41,043 bases of DNA from Lachnospiraceae bacterium (GTDB lineage Bacteria; Bacillota; Clostridia; Lachnospirales; Lachnospiraceae), in assembly GCA_017961385.1 (NCBI GenBank), contig JAGCXJ010000022.1:1-41043 (forward strand), read 5' to 3'. Position numbers and translations under genes: made by a program. Below are positions 21,958-30,631 of the stretch, in pieces. The notes under the pieces were generated by a model. That model saw nothing but the letters and a program-made list of their open reading frames with translations. It was not told the origin of the DNA and ran no database searches. The number at the start of each line of letters is the position of its first letter. Positions within the stretch are counted from its first letter, which is position 1.

Positions 21958-23334
21958 ATGTACCAGTTAGATTTTAACAATCCATGTCATGTATATTTCT
22001 GCGGGATAGGCGGGATAAGCATGAGCGGTCTTGCTGAGATACTCTTGTCAAGAGGCTTTAAGGTCTCAGGCTCCGATATGAAAGAGAGCGAGCTTACAAG
22101 GATACTTGAAAACAAGGGCGCAAAAGTGTTCATAGGCCAAAGGAGCGAGAACATCACAGACGATATCGATCTGTTTGTATATACGGCTGCGATAGGTTCT
22201 GACAATCCCGAATGGATCGCGATGAAGGAACTCAAGATAGAAGAGCTTTCAAGAGCCCAGCTGCTTGGCCAGATCATGAAGAATTTTGAGCTGCCCATAG
22301 CGATAAGCGGTACACACGGAAAGACTACGACCACATCCATGATAACCGAGATACTGATGAAGGCGGATACAGATCCGACCGTATCCGTGGGAGGGATGCT
22401 AAAGAGCATAGACGGCAACCTAAGGATAGGTCATTCGAAGTATTTTGTTACGGAAGCATGTGAATATACCAACAGCTTTTTAAACTTCTTCCCCAAGATC
22501 AGCCTCATCCTTAATATCGAGGAAGACCATATGGACTTCTTTAAGGACATAGATGATATAAGGGCGTCATTTTCGAAATTTGCATCTTTGCTTCCTGATG
22601 ACGGCACGCTCATAATAAACGGCGAGATAGATAACGTAGAAGCCATCGCATCTGGCGCAAAGTGCGGCTTTGTTACATACGGCATGAGTGATTCATTTGA
22701 TTACTATGCAACTGATATAAGCTATGATGAGTTTGCTCATCCAAGCTACATCCTTCACAGCAAAAAGGGTGAATCAAGGATATCTCTCAGCGTTCCCGGA
22801 CTTCATAACGTATATAATTCAATGGCTGCTGTAGCATTTGCAGATACTGCGGGCATCGACAGACAGGTATCTGTTCAGGCGCTTAAGTGCTTTACGGGAA
22901 CAGACCGCAGATTTGAAAAAAAGGGAGAGATAGGCGGTGTGACCATTATAGATGATTATGCTCATCACCCGACTGAGATAAAGGCAACGCTCAAAGCAGC
23001 GATTAATTATCCTCATAAGACGCTGTGGTGCGTGTTCCAGCCTCATACATATACAAGGACCAAGGCTTTCTTGCATGATTTTGCAGAGGCTCTCTCGCTT
23101 GCAGACAAGGTGGTCTTAGCAGATATATATGCCGCAAGAGAGAAGAATACGATAGGGATATATTCTACAGATCTTCAAAAGGAGATACAAAAGCTTGGAA
23201 AGGAATGCTATTATTTCCCTACTTTTGACGAAATCGAAAATTTTCTTCTTGAAAATTGTTCACAAGGCGATTTGTTGATAACTATGGGCGCCGGAGATAT
23301 AGTAAAAGTGGGCGAAAGCCTGCTTGGAAAATAA
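21958..23334 (+). CDS. murC: UDP-N-acetylmuramate--L-alanine ligase
   Basis: GIGGISMSGLA, GTHGKTTTT, EACEY, DDYAHHPTE, FQPHTYTRT and TMGAGD. Confidence 0.98.
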   Translation: MYQLDFNNPCHVYFCGIGGISMSGLAEILLSRGFKVSGSDMKESELTRILENKGAKVFIGQRSENITDDIDLFVYTAAIGSDNPEWIAMKELKIEELSRAQLLGQIMKNFELPIAISGTHGKTTTTSMITEILMKADTDPTVSVGGMLKSIDGNLRIGHSKYFVTEACEYTNSFLNFFPKISLILNIEEDHMDFFKDIDDIRASFSKFASLLPDDGTLIINGEIDNVEAIASGAKCGFVTYGMSDSFDYYATDISYDEFAHPSYILHSKKGESRISLSVPGLHNVYNSMAAVAFADTAGIDRQVSVQALKCFTGTDRRFEKKGEIGGVTIIDDYAHHPTEIKATLKAAINYPHKTLWCVFQPHTYTRTKAFLHDFAEALSLADKVVLADIYAAREKNTIGIYSTDLQKEIQKLGKECYYFPTFDEIENFLLENCSQGDLLITMGAGDIVKVGESLLGK

Positions 23335-23473
23335 GTTATTCACATTATCCACCGATTTTTATGCCGTAAGACATTAAGATCCGGTGGATAATTTGATCAT
23401 TGAAAGAACCTTGATAATTCGCATCTTGCCTGTGATCGACCTTACGATTTCCACAATATCCACATTATCCACA
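23256..23473. promoter_or_regulatory. DnaA-box cluster
   Basis: TTATTCACA 23336, TTATCCACC 23345, reverse TTATCCACC 23383-23391, tandem ATTTCCACA/ATATCCACA/TTATCCACA 23447-23473, plus TTGTTCACA 23256 and reverse TTATCAACA 23273-23281 inside the murC 3' end. Confidence 0.8.
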
Positions 23474-23540
23474 ATGGTGAAAACCTCAGTAAAATCAAGG
23501 GTTTGAGCACATTTTACCTGTTTCTTTTTTAAAGGTGCTG

Positions 23541-23549
23541 TGCTATAAT
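23541..23549 (+). promoter_or_regulatory. Extended -10 promoter for the dnaD operon
   Basis: TGCTATAAT; weak -35. Confidence 0.6.
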
Positions 23550-23610
23550 TTGGGTTACATTCGACAGAAGGGGGAGCTGTTGGACAGTATTGGGAATACC
23601 GGGTGAGACT

Positions 23611-24645
23611 ATGAGTAACTTTTCGGTCTATCGTGATGTCGATAACGGATGTACATACATTTCAAATCAGTTTATCGACGAATTTCTTGCTGAGGCAAAT
23701 GCAGCTCAGATCAAGGTCTATCTATATCTGCTTCGCATGACGGGAAATGCGACGAGCGTTTCCGATATGGCGGACAAATTCAACTATACGGAAAAGGATA
23801 TATGCAGAGCGCTTAAGTACTGGGAGAAGAACAAGCTTCTTTCTCTCAGCTATGATATAGACGGTTCGGTTGTGGGAGTAAGACTCATAACACCTGCAAG
23901 CGTTAAAAAGATGAACACACAGACAAAGCCGTTTGTGCCTGTGGCTGTTTCATTTGAGCCTGCGCCTGAGGTCAGTGAGGAGCCCGAGACATTTATCAAG
24001 CCGACATACTCAGCTGATGATCTGAGGGCATTTAAAGACAGAGACGAGACAAGCCAGATCATATTCATTGCAGAGCAGTATCTTGGAAAGACGCTGAGCC
24101 CTTCGGATATAAGATCATTGCTGTTCATAACGGATGTCCTGCACTTTTCAACAGATCTTATAGATTATCTTTTGGCATACTGTGCAGACAAGGACAAGAA
24201 GAACTTCAGATATATTGAATCGGTTGCCATCAACTGGGCTCAGAACGGAGTTACGACTCCCGAACAGGCCAAAGCTGCAAGCGGCCGCTATGACAAGAAC
24301 GTCTATACGGTGATGAGAGCTCTCGGAAAGAGTTCGACTCCTACGGACAAGGAAGCCGAATTTGTACGCAGATGGATTAATGACTTTGGATTTTCCATTG
24401 ATATAATCCTGGAAGCCTGTGAACGCAGCGTCATGTCTACGGACAAGAACAGGTTTGCGTATGCGGATTCCATCTTAAAGAGCTGGAGCCAGGCAGGGGT
24501 TGCAAGCAAGCGCGATATAGAGGCTATAGATGCAAAGTACCGCCGTCCCGTAAAGAAGACGGTCAATACATCATTCCATCAGTTTGATATGAAGCATGAC
24601 TATGACTTTGACGAGATGGAAAAGGTATTGCTGCAGCGAGAATAA
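23611..24645 (+). CDS. DnaD/DnaB_2 domain replication protein
   Basis: N-terminal ISNQFIDEFL...IKVYLYLLR and two DnaB_2 repeats (FRYIESVAINW and FAYADSILKSW). ATG 23611 chosen; alternative TTG at 23590. Confidence 0.88.
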   Translation: MSNFSVYRDVDNGCTYISNQFIDEFLAEANAAQIKVYLYLLRMTGNATSVSDMADKFNYTEKDICRALKYWEKNKLLSLSYDIDGSVVGVRLITPASVKKMNTQTKPFVPVAVSFEPAPEVSEEPETFIKPTYSADDLRAFKDRDETSQIIFIAEQYLGKTLSPSDIRSLLFITDVLHFSTDLIDYLLAYCADKDKKNFRYIESVAINWAQNGVTTPEQAKAASGRYDKNVYTVMRALGKSSTPTDKEAEFVRRWINDFGFSIDIILEACERSVMSTDKNRFAYADSILKSWSQAGVASKRDIEAIDAKYRRPVKKTVNTSFHQFDMKHDYDFDEMEKVLLQRE

Positions 24646-24654
24646 GGAGAAAAC

Positions 24655-25626
24655 GTGTCATTTACCAACGCACAGTTTGAACAGATAAAGAGAATATATG
24701 ATGAGAGACGTATGCTCAACGGACAGGAGTCAGACAGACGTCTTGAATATGCAGAGAAGACCATACCGGGATTTAGTAATTTAAGGGACCGTATGGTCTC
24801 TTTGAGTATGGAGATGGCAAAAAAACTTGCCCTGGGAGAAGAATCGTCATGTGAGGAATATAAAAAGGAATACGCTGATCTTCTAAAGCAGAAGAAGGAT
24901 CTTCTTGTTTCGGCATCCCTTCCTCAAGACTATCTTGATCCCATATATACGTGCAGGGAATGCAAGGATACCGGCTATATAGACGGAAAAGCCTGCAGAT
25001 GTCTTAAGAAGATATCTGTTTCAATGCTCTACAACAGATCAAATATCGATTCGTATCTGAGATCTGTTGATTTTTCAATGATAAGCGACAAGTACTATAA
25101 GGACGAGGAACTGGTCGCATTTAAGGACACATATAACAACGCCATAAATTTTGTAAAAAACTTTGACAATGACTTTAAAAACCTTGTGATTTATGGTACA
25201 GTTGGTAGCGGCAAATCATTGATGAGCGCCTGCATAGCAAGAGAACTGATAGAAAAGGAGTATTCAGTGCTGTATTTCAGTGCATCGAATCTCATGGATC
25301 TGTTCTCTAGATACTCCTTTGATCATTCAAAGAGAAATGAGTTATACTCGGATTATGCAGAGATATTCGAGAGTGATCTGCTGATCATAGACGATCTGGG
25401 AACGGAGCAGGTGAACAGCTTTACTATAACGACGCTTTTTACCTGTCTAAACGAGCGTTTCCTTAACAAAAAATCAACGATAATATCAACAAATCTGTCG
25501 CCTAAAGCAATAGCAGAGACCTACACGGAAAGAATATATTCCCGCCTTGTGGGAAGCTATACATTCTGCAAGCTTTACGGCCCGGATATCCGGTTTAAGA
25601 ATAAGTTTGACCGGAAGGAGATGTAA
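24655..25626 (+). CDS. DnaC/DnaI-like helicase-loader AAA+ ATPase (IstB-like domain)
   Basis: Zn motif CRECKDTG...CRC, Walker A GTVGSGKS, Walker B LLIIDDLGTE, TIISTNL and RIYSRL. GTG start with AAGGAG. Confidence 0.9.
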   Translation: MSFTNAQFEQIKRIYDERRMLNGQESDRRLEYAEKTIPGFSNLRDRMVSLSMEMAKKLALGEESSCEEYKKEYADLLKQKKDLLVSASLPQDYLDPIYTCRECKDTGYIDGKACRCLKKISVSMLYNRSNIDSYLRSVDFSMISDKYYKDEELVAFKDTYNNAINFVKNFDNDFKNLVIYGTVGSGKSLMSACIARELIEKEYSVLYFSASNLMDLFSRYSFDHSKRNELYSDYAEIFESDLLIIDDLGTEQVNSFTITTLFTCLNERFLNKKSTIISTNLSPKAIAETYTERIYSRLVGSYTFCKLYGPDIRFKNKFDRKEM

Positions 25627-25652
25627 AAAGAAAGTGAGGTTTTCTTAAGTTT

Positions 25653-26855
25653 ATGGCAAAACGCGAAGAAAAAAGAAAGCTTGACAGCATACCTGTAGGC
25701 TCGCTTGGGATCATTCCCTTAAGCGGATGCAAGGTACTCGGAGAAAAGGTTGACTCATATCTTGTCGACTGGCGTACCGAGAGAGAGAATGAGCATAAGA
25801 ACAGTCTCGCATTTGCAGGCTATATGAGAGATTCGTACATTCTAAAGAGCAAGGTCTCAAGATTCGGTTCAGGAGAAGGCAAGGGCGAGATACTTGAATC
25901 CGTAAGAGGAATGGACCTTTATATCCTTGTAGATGTATGCAACTATTCGCTCACATACACTGTTGCGGGACAGAAGAATCACATGTCCCCCGATGATCAT
26001 TACCAGGATTTAAAGCGTATCATAGCAGCTGTCGGCGGAAAGGCCAGACGCATAACTGTCATCATGCCCTTCCTTTATGAGAGCAGACAGCACAAGCGTA
26101 CAGCAAGAGAATCTCTTGACTGCGCTATAGCACTTCAGGAACTGGTGCGCATGGGCGTTGACAACATCATCACATTTGATGCTCATGACCCGCGTGTACA
26201 GAATGCCATACCGCTTCACGGATTTGAAACGGTACAGGCTTCATATCAGTTTATAAAGGGCCTTCTTTCTCATGTTAAGGACCTTAAGATAGATTCGGAC
26301 CATATGATGGTCATCAGCCCGGATGAAGGCGGAATGAGAAGAGCGATCTATATCGCAAACGTTTTGGGACTCGACATGGGAATGTTCTACAAGAGACGAG
26401 ACTATACAAGAGTCGTTGACGGAAGAAATCCCATAATAGCTCATGAGTTCTTGGGTTCAAACGTGGCAGGAAAAGACGTTATCATACTTGATGACATGAT
26501 CTCTTCGGGAGACAGTATGATAGATGTTGCGACAGAGCTTAAGAAGCGTGATGCCGGACGTATCTTTTTATTTTCGACATTCGGTCTGTTCACCAACGGA
26601 TTCGAGAAGTTTGACAGGGCTTATGAAGCCGGTCTGTTTACAAATATCCTTACCACGAACCTTATCTATCAGCCGCCGGAGCTCTTGGAAAAGGAGTGGT
26701 ATATAAGCTGTGATCTGAGCAAATACATAGCTTATATCATCGATACCTTAAATCATGATTCTTCCATAAGCGATCTGCTGGTTCCCAATGACAGGATCAA
26801 CAGCATCGTTGCAAGATATAAAGCAGGCGAGGATCTTTCCAAGCCGGAAGAATAA
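25653..26855 (+). CDS. prs: Ribose-phosphate pyrophosphokinase
   Basis: RFGSGEG, MPFLYESRQ, FDAH, ISPDEGG and PRPP-binding ILDDMISSGDS. Confidence 0.93.
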   Translation: MAKREEKRKLDSIPVGSLGIIPLSGCKVLGEKVDSYLVDWRTERENEHKNSLAFAGYMRDSYILKSKVSRFGSGEGKGEILESVRGMDLYILVDVCNYSLTYTVAGQKNHMSPDDHYQDLKRIIAAVGGKARRITVIMPFLYESRQHKRTARESLDCAIALQELVRMGVDNIITFDAHDPRVQNAIPLHGFETVQASYQFIKGLLSHVKDLKIDSDHMMVISPDEGGMRRAIYIANVLGLDMGMFYKRRDYTRVVDGRNPIIAHEFLGSNVAGKDVIILDDMISSGDSMIDVATELKKRDAGRIFLFSTFGLFTNGFEKFDRAYEAGLFTNILTTNLIYQPPELLEKEWYISCDLSKYIAYIIDTLNHDSSISDLLVPNDRINSIVARYKAGEDLSKPEE

Positions 26856-26891
26856 AAAACGGGTTACAAAAAAACGGAAAGGGGTAAAACT

Positions 26892-27584
26892 ATGAAAAAG
26901 TATGTAGCAGAATTCATCGGAACAATGACGCTTGTCATCCTGGGATGCGGAACGGCAATGCTTGTCGGATGTGATTACATCGGCAGCACAGGATATATCC
27001 TGACGGCATTCGCATTCGGTCTTACCATCATTGCCATGGCTTATTCCATCGGCAATATCTCAGGATGCCATATCAATCCTGCCGTATCGCTGGGAGTTTT
27101 AATGACGGGAGGCATGGATGTCAAGGAGTTTGCAGGATATGTTATATCCCAGATATGCGGTGCATTTGCAGGCTCGCTCATTCTTGCAGCTATCTTTGGA
27201 CTTGGCGGCATAACGGATATGACCGGAGGCTTTGGCTCAAACGGCCTTGGCGGAGTTAACGGCAGTATTATTGCAGGCCTTTTGGTTGAGATCGTGCTCA
27301 CATTCATATTTGTTACAGCAATACTGGGTGTTACGAGCAAAAAGGCAAATCACGGATCCTTTGCCGGAGTAGTTATAGGCTTTACGCTTGTTGTCGTTCA
27401 TATCCTTGGTATCGGACTTACAGGTACGAGCGTTAATCCCGCAAGAAGCATAGGTCCCGCTATCGTTGCTGCTTTTAACGGAAATACAGACCCGATCGCA
27501 TGTGTCTGGGTATTCATAGTAGGTCCTCTTGTTGGTGCAGCGCTCTCTGCTGTTGTTTACAAGGCGCTTGAAAAGCAGGATTGA
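26892..27584 (+). CDS. MIP-family channel (aquaporin Z-like)
   Basis: AEFIGT, SGCHINPAVS and GTSVNPARS (two NPA motifs); six TM segments. Confidence 0.95.
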   Translation: MKKYVAEFIGTMTLVILGCGTAMLVGCDYIGSTGYILTAFAFGLTIIAMAYSIGNISGCHINPAVSLGVLMTGGMDVKEFAGYVISQICGAFAGSLILAAIFGLGGITDMTGGFGSNGLGGVNGSIIAGLLVEIVLTFIFVTAILGVTSKKANHGSFAGVVIGFTLVVVHILGIGLTGTSVNPARSIGPAIVAAFNGNTDPIACVWVFIVGPLVGAALSAVVYKALEKQD

Positions 27585-27602
27585 TACACTTTTTGGATTC
27601 AC

Positions 27603-27632
27603 GGCCTGTCTCTTAAAAGAGACGGGCCTTTT
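27603..27632 (+). terminator. Intrinsic terminator
   Basis: GGCCTGTCTCT-TAAA-AGAGACGGGCC-TTTT. Confidence 0.85.
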
Positions 27633-27764
27633 AATTTACACAAGATGTTGTGGTATGAAAAATCATCTGTCGCAAGATGAAAGGCATATTTCAAAAATAG
27701 TGTCTACAAATTTGTTAAATATTCACAAAAAATCACAAAATAGTGGCGATTAATTCTAAAAAAC

Positions 27765-27793
27765 TTCACAATAATTTCTTTCTATGCTATAAT
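27765..27793 (+). promoter_or_regulatory. Sigma-A promoter of glgCD
   Basis: TTCACA, 17 bp, TATAAT with extended TG (TGCTATAAT). Confidence 0.7.
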
Positions 27794-27861
27794 CTACATA
27801 CAATTTATTGTACCTTTTGACAGCAAAATCGACTCAATATTACGACAGAAGAGGTGAAGAC

Positions 27862-29136
27862 ATGATCAAGAAGGAAATGATTGCCATGCTTCTGGCCGGA
27901 GGTCAGGGCAGCAGGCTGGGAGTTCTAACGTCTAAGGTTGCAAAGCCGGCGGTATCTTTCGGCGGAAAGTACCGTATCATTGATTTCCCGTTAAGTAACT
28001 GTATCAATTCCGGAGTGGACACCGTAGGTGTTCTTACTCAGTATCAGCCTTTGAGACTGAATACTCATATCGGCATTGGCATCCCGTGGGATCTGGACAG
28101 AAATATCGGCGGTGTTACTGTGCTGCCTCCGTATGAGAAGAGCACAAACAGCGAATGGTATACAGGTACGGCAAATGCCATATATCAGAACATTGACTAT
28201 ATGGAGAGCTTTAATCCTGAGTATATACTCATTCTTTCCGGAGACCATATCTACAAGATGGACTATGAGGTAATGCTTGATTTCCACAAGCAGAACAAGT
28301 CTGAATGCACGATAGCCGTTATGCCTGTTCCGATGGAGGAGGCTAAGCGCTTCGGGATCATGATAACGGATGAGAACCGCAAGATCACCGATTTTGAGGA
28401 AAAGCCCGCAAATCCCAGAAGCAATCTGGCATCGATGGGTATATATATCTTCAACTGGAAGACATTAAAGGAAGCTCTTATAGCAATGGCTGATCAGCCC
28501 GGACTTGATTTCGGAAAGCATATCATTCCCTACTGTCATGACAAGGGATGTCCTCTTTATGCATATGAGTTCAACGGCTACTGGAAGGATGTAGGTACTC
28601 TTCATTCGTACTGGGAAGCAAATATGGAGCTCATCGATATCGTTCCGGAGTTTAACCTCTACGAAGAGTACTGGAAGATCTATACCAAGTCGGATATACT
28701 TCCTCCTCAGTATTTCTCAAAGGAGAGCGAAGTTGAAAAGAGCATCATAGGTGAAGGATCTGATATCTACGGAAAGGTTTACAACTCAGTCATCGGCTGC
28801 GGTGTAACCATCGGAAAGAACACGATTATCAGAGATTCCATCATAATGAACAACACCGTTATAGGTGACAACTGCGAAGTATACAAGACTATCGTAGCCG
28901 AGAATGTTGAGATTAAAAACAACTGCCGCTTCGGAATAGGGGATGAGGTTGAAAACGAGACGGATCCTCATATCTATAACAGCGGACTGGTATGCATAGG
29001 TGAAAAGAGCATCATTCCCGAGAACATAACCGTCGGAAAGAATACATGCATCTTCGGCGAGACGGTCTACTCGGATTATCAGAACAATACACTGGCAAGT
29101 GGTAAGACATTGATTAAGGCAGGTGAAAGTGTATGA
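27862..29136 (+). CDS. glgC: Glucose-1-phosphate adenylyltransferase
   Basis: [30 protein letters not shown] and YWKDVGT. ATG 27862 follows GAGGTG. Confidence 0.97.
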   Translation: MIKKEMIAMLLAGGQGSRLGVLTSKVAKPAVSFGGKYRIIDFPLSNCINSGVDTVGVLTQYQPLRLNTHIGIGIPWDLDRNIGGVTVLPPYEKSTNSEWYTGTANAIYQNIDYMESFNPEYILILSGDHIYKMDYEVMLDFHKQNKSECTIAVMPVPMEEAKRFGIMITDENRKITDFEEKPANPRSNLASMGIYIFNWKTLKEALIAMADQPGLDFGKHIIPYCHDKGCPLYAYEFNGYWKDVGTLHSYWEANMELIDIVPEFNLYEEYWKIYTKSDILPPQYFSKESEVEKSIIGEGSDIYGKVYNSVIGCGVTIGKNTIIRDSIIMNNTVIGDNCEVYKTIVAENVEIKNNCRFGIGDEVENETDPHIYNSGLVCIGEKSIIPENITVGKNTCIFGETVYSDYQNNTLASGKTLIKAGESV

Positions 29137-30251
29137 GAGCGATAGGAATTATACTAGCGGGCGGTAACAACCACCGTATGAGAGAATTGTCACAGAAAAG
29201 AGCTATAGGCGCGATGCCCATAGCCGGAAGCTACAGAGCGATAGACTTTGCTTTAAGCAACATGTCTAACTCTCATATACAGAAGGTAGCCGTATTCACC
29301 CAGTACAATGCAAGAAGCTTAAACGAGCATCTCAGTTCATCGAAGTGGTGGGATTTCGGACGTAAGCAGGGCGGACTGTTCGTATTTACACCTGCAGTAA
29401 CTGCTGATAACAGCTTCTGGTACAGAGGAACGGCTGATGCCATCTATCAGAATCTGTCCTTCCTTAAATCAAGTCATGAGCCTTATGTGGTAATAGCTTC
29501 GGCTGACTGTGTATACAAGCTCGATTTTAACAAGGTGCTTGAATATCACATCGAAAAGAAGGCTGATATCACGGTTGTGTGCAAGGATATGGATCCCGAT
29601 GCAAATGTGGATCGCTACGGAACAGTAAAGCTTGATGATGACTGCAGGATAGAGGATTTCGAGGAGAAGGCTGTTGTAGCAAGATCAAATACGATAAGCT
29701 GCGGTATCTATATCATCAGAAGAAGACTTCTTGTAGAGATGATCGAGAAGTGTGCTGAAGAGGACAGATACGATTTTGTAAGAGACATCCTTATCAGATA
29801 CAAGGGACAGAAGAGGATCTACGGATACAAGATTACCGATTACTGGAAAAACATTGCTTCAGTTAACGATTACTTCTCTGCAAACATGGATTTCTTAAAG
29901 CCTGAGGTAAGGGATTACTTCTTCAAGACCTATCCGGATATCTACTCAAAGGTTGATGATCTTCCTCCCGCTAAATATAACGTCGGAGCAAAGATCATGA
30001 ACAGCCTGGTAGCAAGCGGAACGATCGTAAACGGTACCGTTGAGGATTCTGTGATCTTCAGACAGACATTCATCGGAAACAACTGTACCATTAAGAATTC
30101 TATCATCTTAAACGATGTTTACATCGGAGATAATTCATATATCGAAAACTGCATTGTGGAGAGCCACGGCACGATAAGGGCCAACTCCTACCACAAGGGA
30201 GAGAACGGAATAGAAGTAGTTGTAGAGCATACAGACAGATATGTGATGTAA
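29133..30251 (+). CDS. glgD: Glucose-1-phosphate adenylyltransferase subunit GlgD
   Basis: GlgC paralogue with degenerate motifs ([18 protein letters not shown]); ATGA overlap with glgC. Confidence 0.93.
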   Translation: MRAIGIILAGGNNHRMRELSQKRAIGAMPIAGSYRAIDFALSNMSNSHIQKVAVFTQYNARSLNEHLSSSKWWDFGRKQGGLFVFTPAVTADNSFWYRGTADAIYQNLSFLKSSHEPYVVIASADCVYKLDFNKVLEYHIEKKADITVVCKDMDPDANVDRYGTVKLDDDCRIEDFEEKAVVARSNTISCGIYIIRRRLLVEMIEKCAEEDRYDFVRDILIRYKGQKRIYGYKITDYWKNIASVNDYFSANMDFLKPEVRDYFFKTYPDIYSKVDDLPPAKYNVGAKIMNSLVASGTIVNGTVEDSVIFRQTFIGNNCTIKNSIILNDVYIGDNSYIENCIVESHGTIRANSYHKGENGIEVVVEHTDRYVM

Positions 30252-30267
30252 TGAAGGGAAATAGCTT

Positions 30268-30543
30268 ATGAAGATTACAGATGTAAGGGTACGCAAGATT
30301 TCAAAAGAGAGCAAGATGAGAGCCATCGTATCGATCACAATAGACGACGAGTTCGTGGTTCATGACATCAAGGTCATCGAGGGTGAAAAGGGGTTATTCA
30401 TCGCGATGCCCAGTAAAAAGGCTACGGACGGAGAATACAGGGATATCGCTCATCCGATCAATTCTGCTACAAGAGACAGCATTCAGAAGATAATCCTGGA
30501 GGCTTATGAAAAGGCTAAGGATGACGAGGATGATCCTGTCTAG
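30268..30543 (+). CDS. spoVG: SpoVG family nucleic-acid-binding regulator
   Basis: [27 protein letters not shown] and YRDIAHPIN. Confidence 0.97.
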   Translation: MKITDVRVRKISKESKMRAIVSITIDDEFVVHDIKVIEGEKGLFIAMPSKKATDGEYRDIAHPINSATRDSIQKIILEAYEKAKDDEDDPV

Positions 30544-30577
30544 CAGATAAGAGTTTTTTCAGAGAAAATATGGGGTT

Positions 30578-30615
30578 AAAGAGAAGCTGCGGGATTTACC
30601 TGCGGCTTCTCTTTT
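30578..30615 (+). terminator. Intrinsic terminator after spoVG
   Basis: AAAGAGAAGCTGCGGG-ATTTA-CCTGCGGCTTCTCTTTT. Confidence 0.85.
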
Positions 30616-30623
30616 GCTACAAT
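30595..30623 (+). promoter_or_regulatory. Putative mfd promoter overlapping the terminator
   Basis: TTTACC, 17 bp, TACAAT with extended TG; ends 8 nt before the mfd ATG. Confidence 0.55.
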
Positions 30624-30631
30624 GATAAAGC

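Noticed and set aside
23336-23560. Chromosomal oriC
   Set aside because: No dnaA, dnaN, rpmH or gidA nearby, and no clear unwinding element or DnaA-trio run; a regulatory cluster is more likely.
23611-25626. Prophage replication module or IS21 istB
   Set aside because: No integrase, istA, terminal repeats or phage genes; the pair is flanked by murC and prs.
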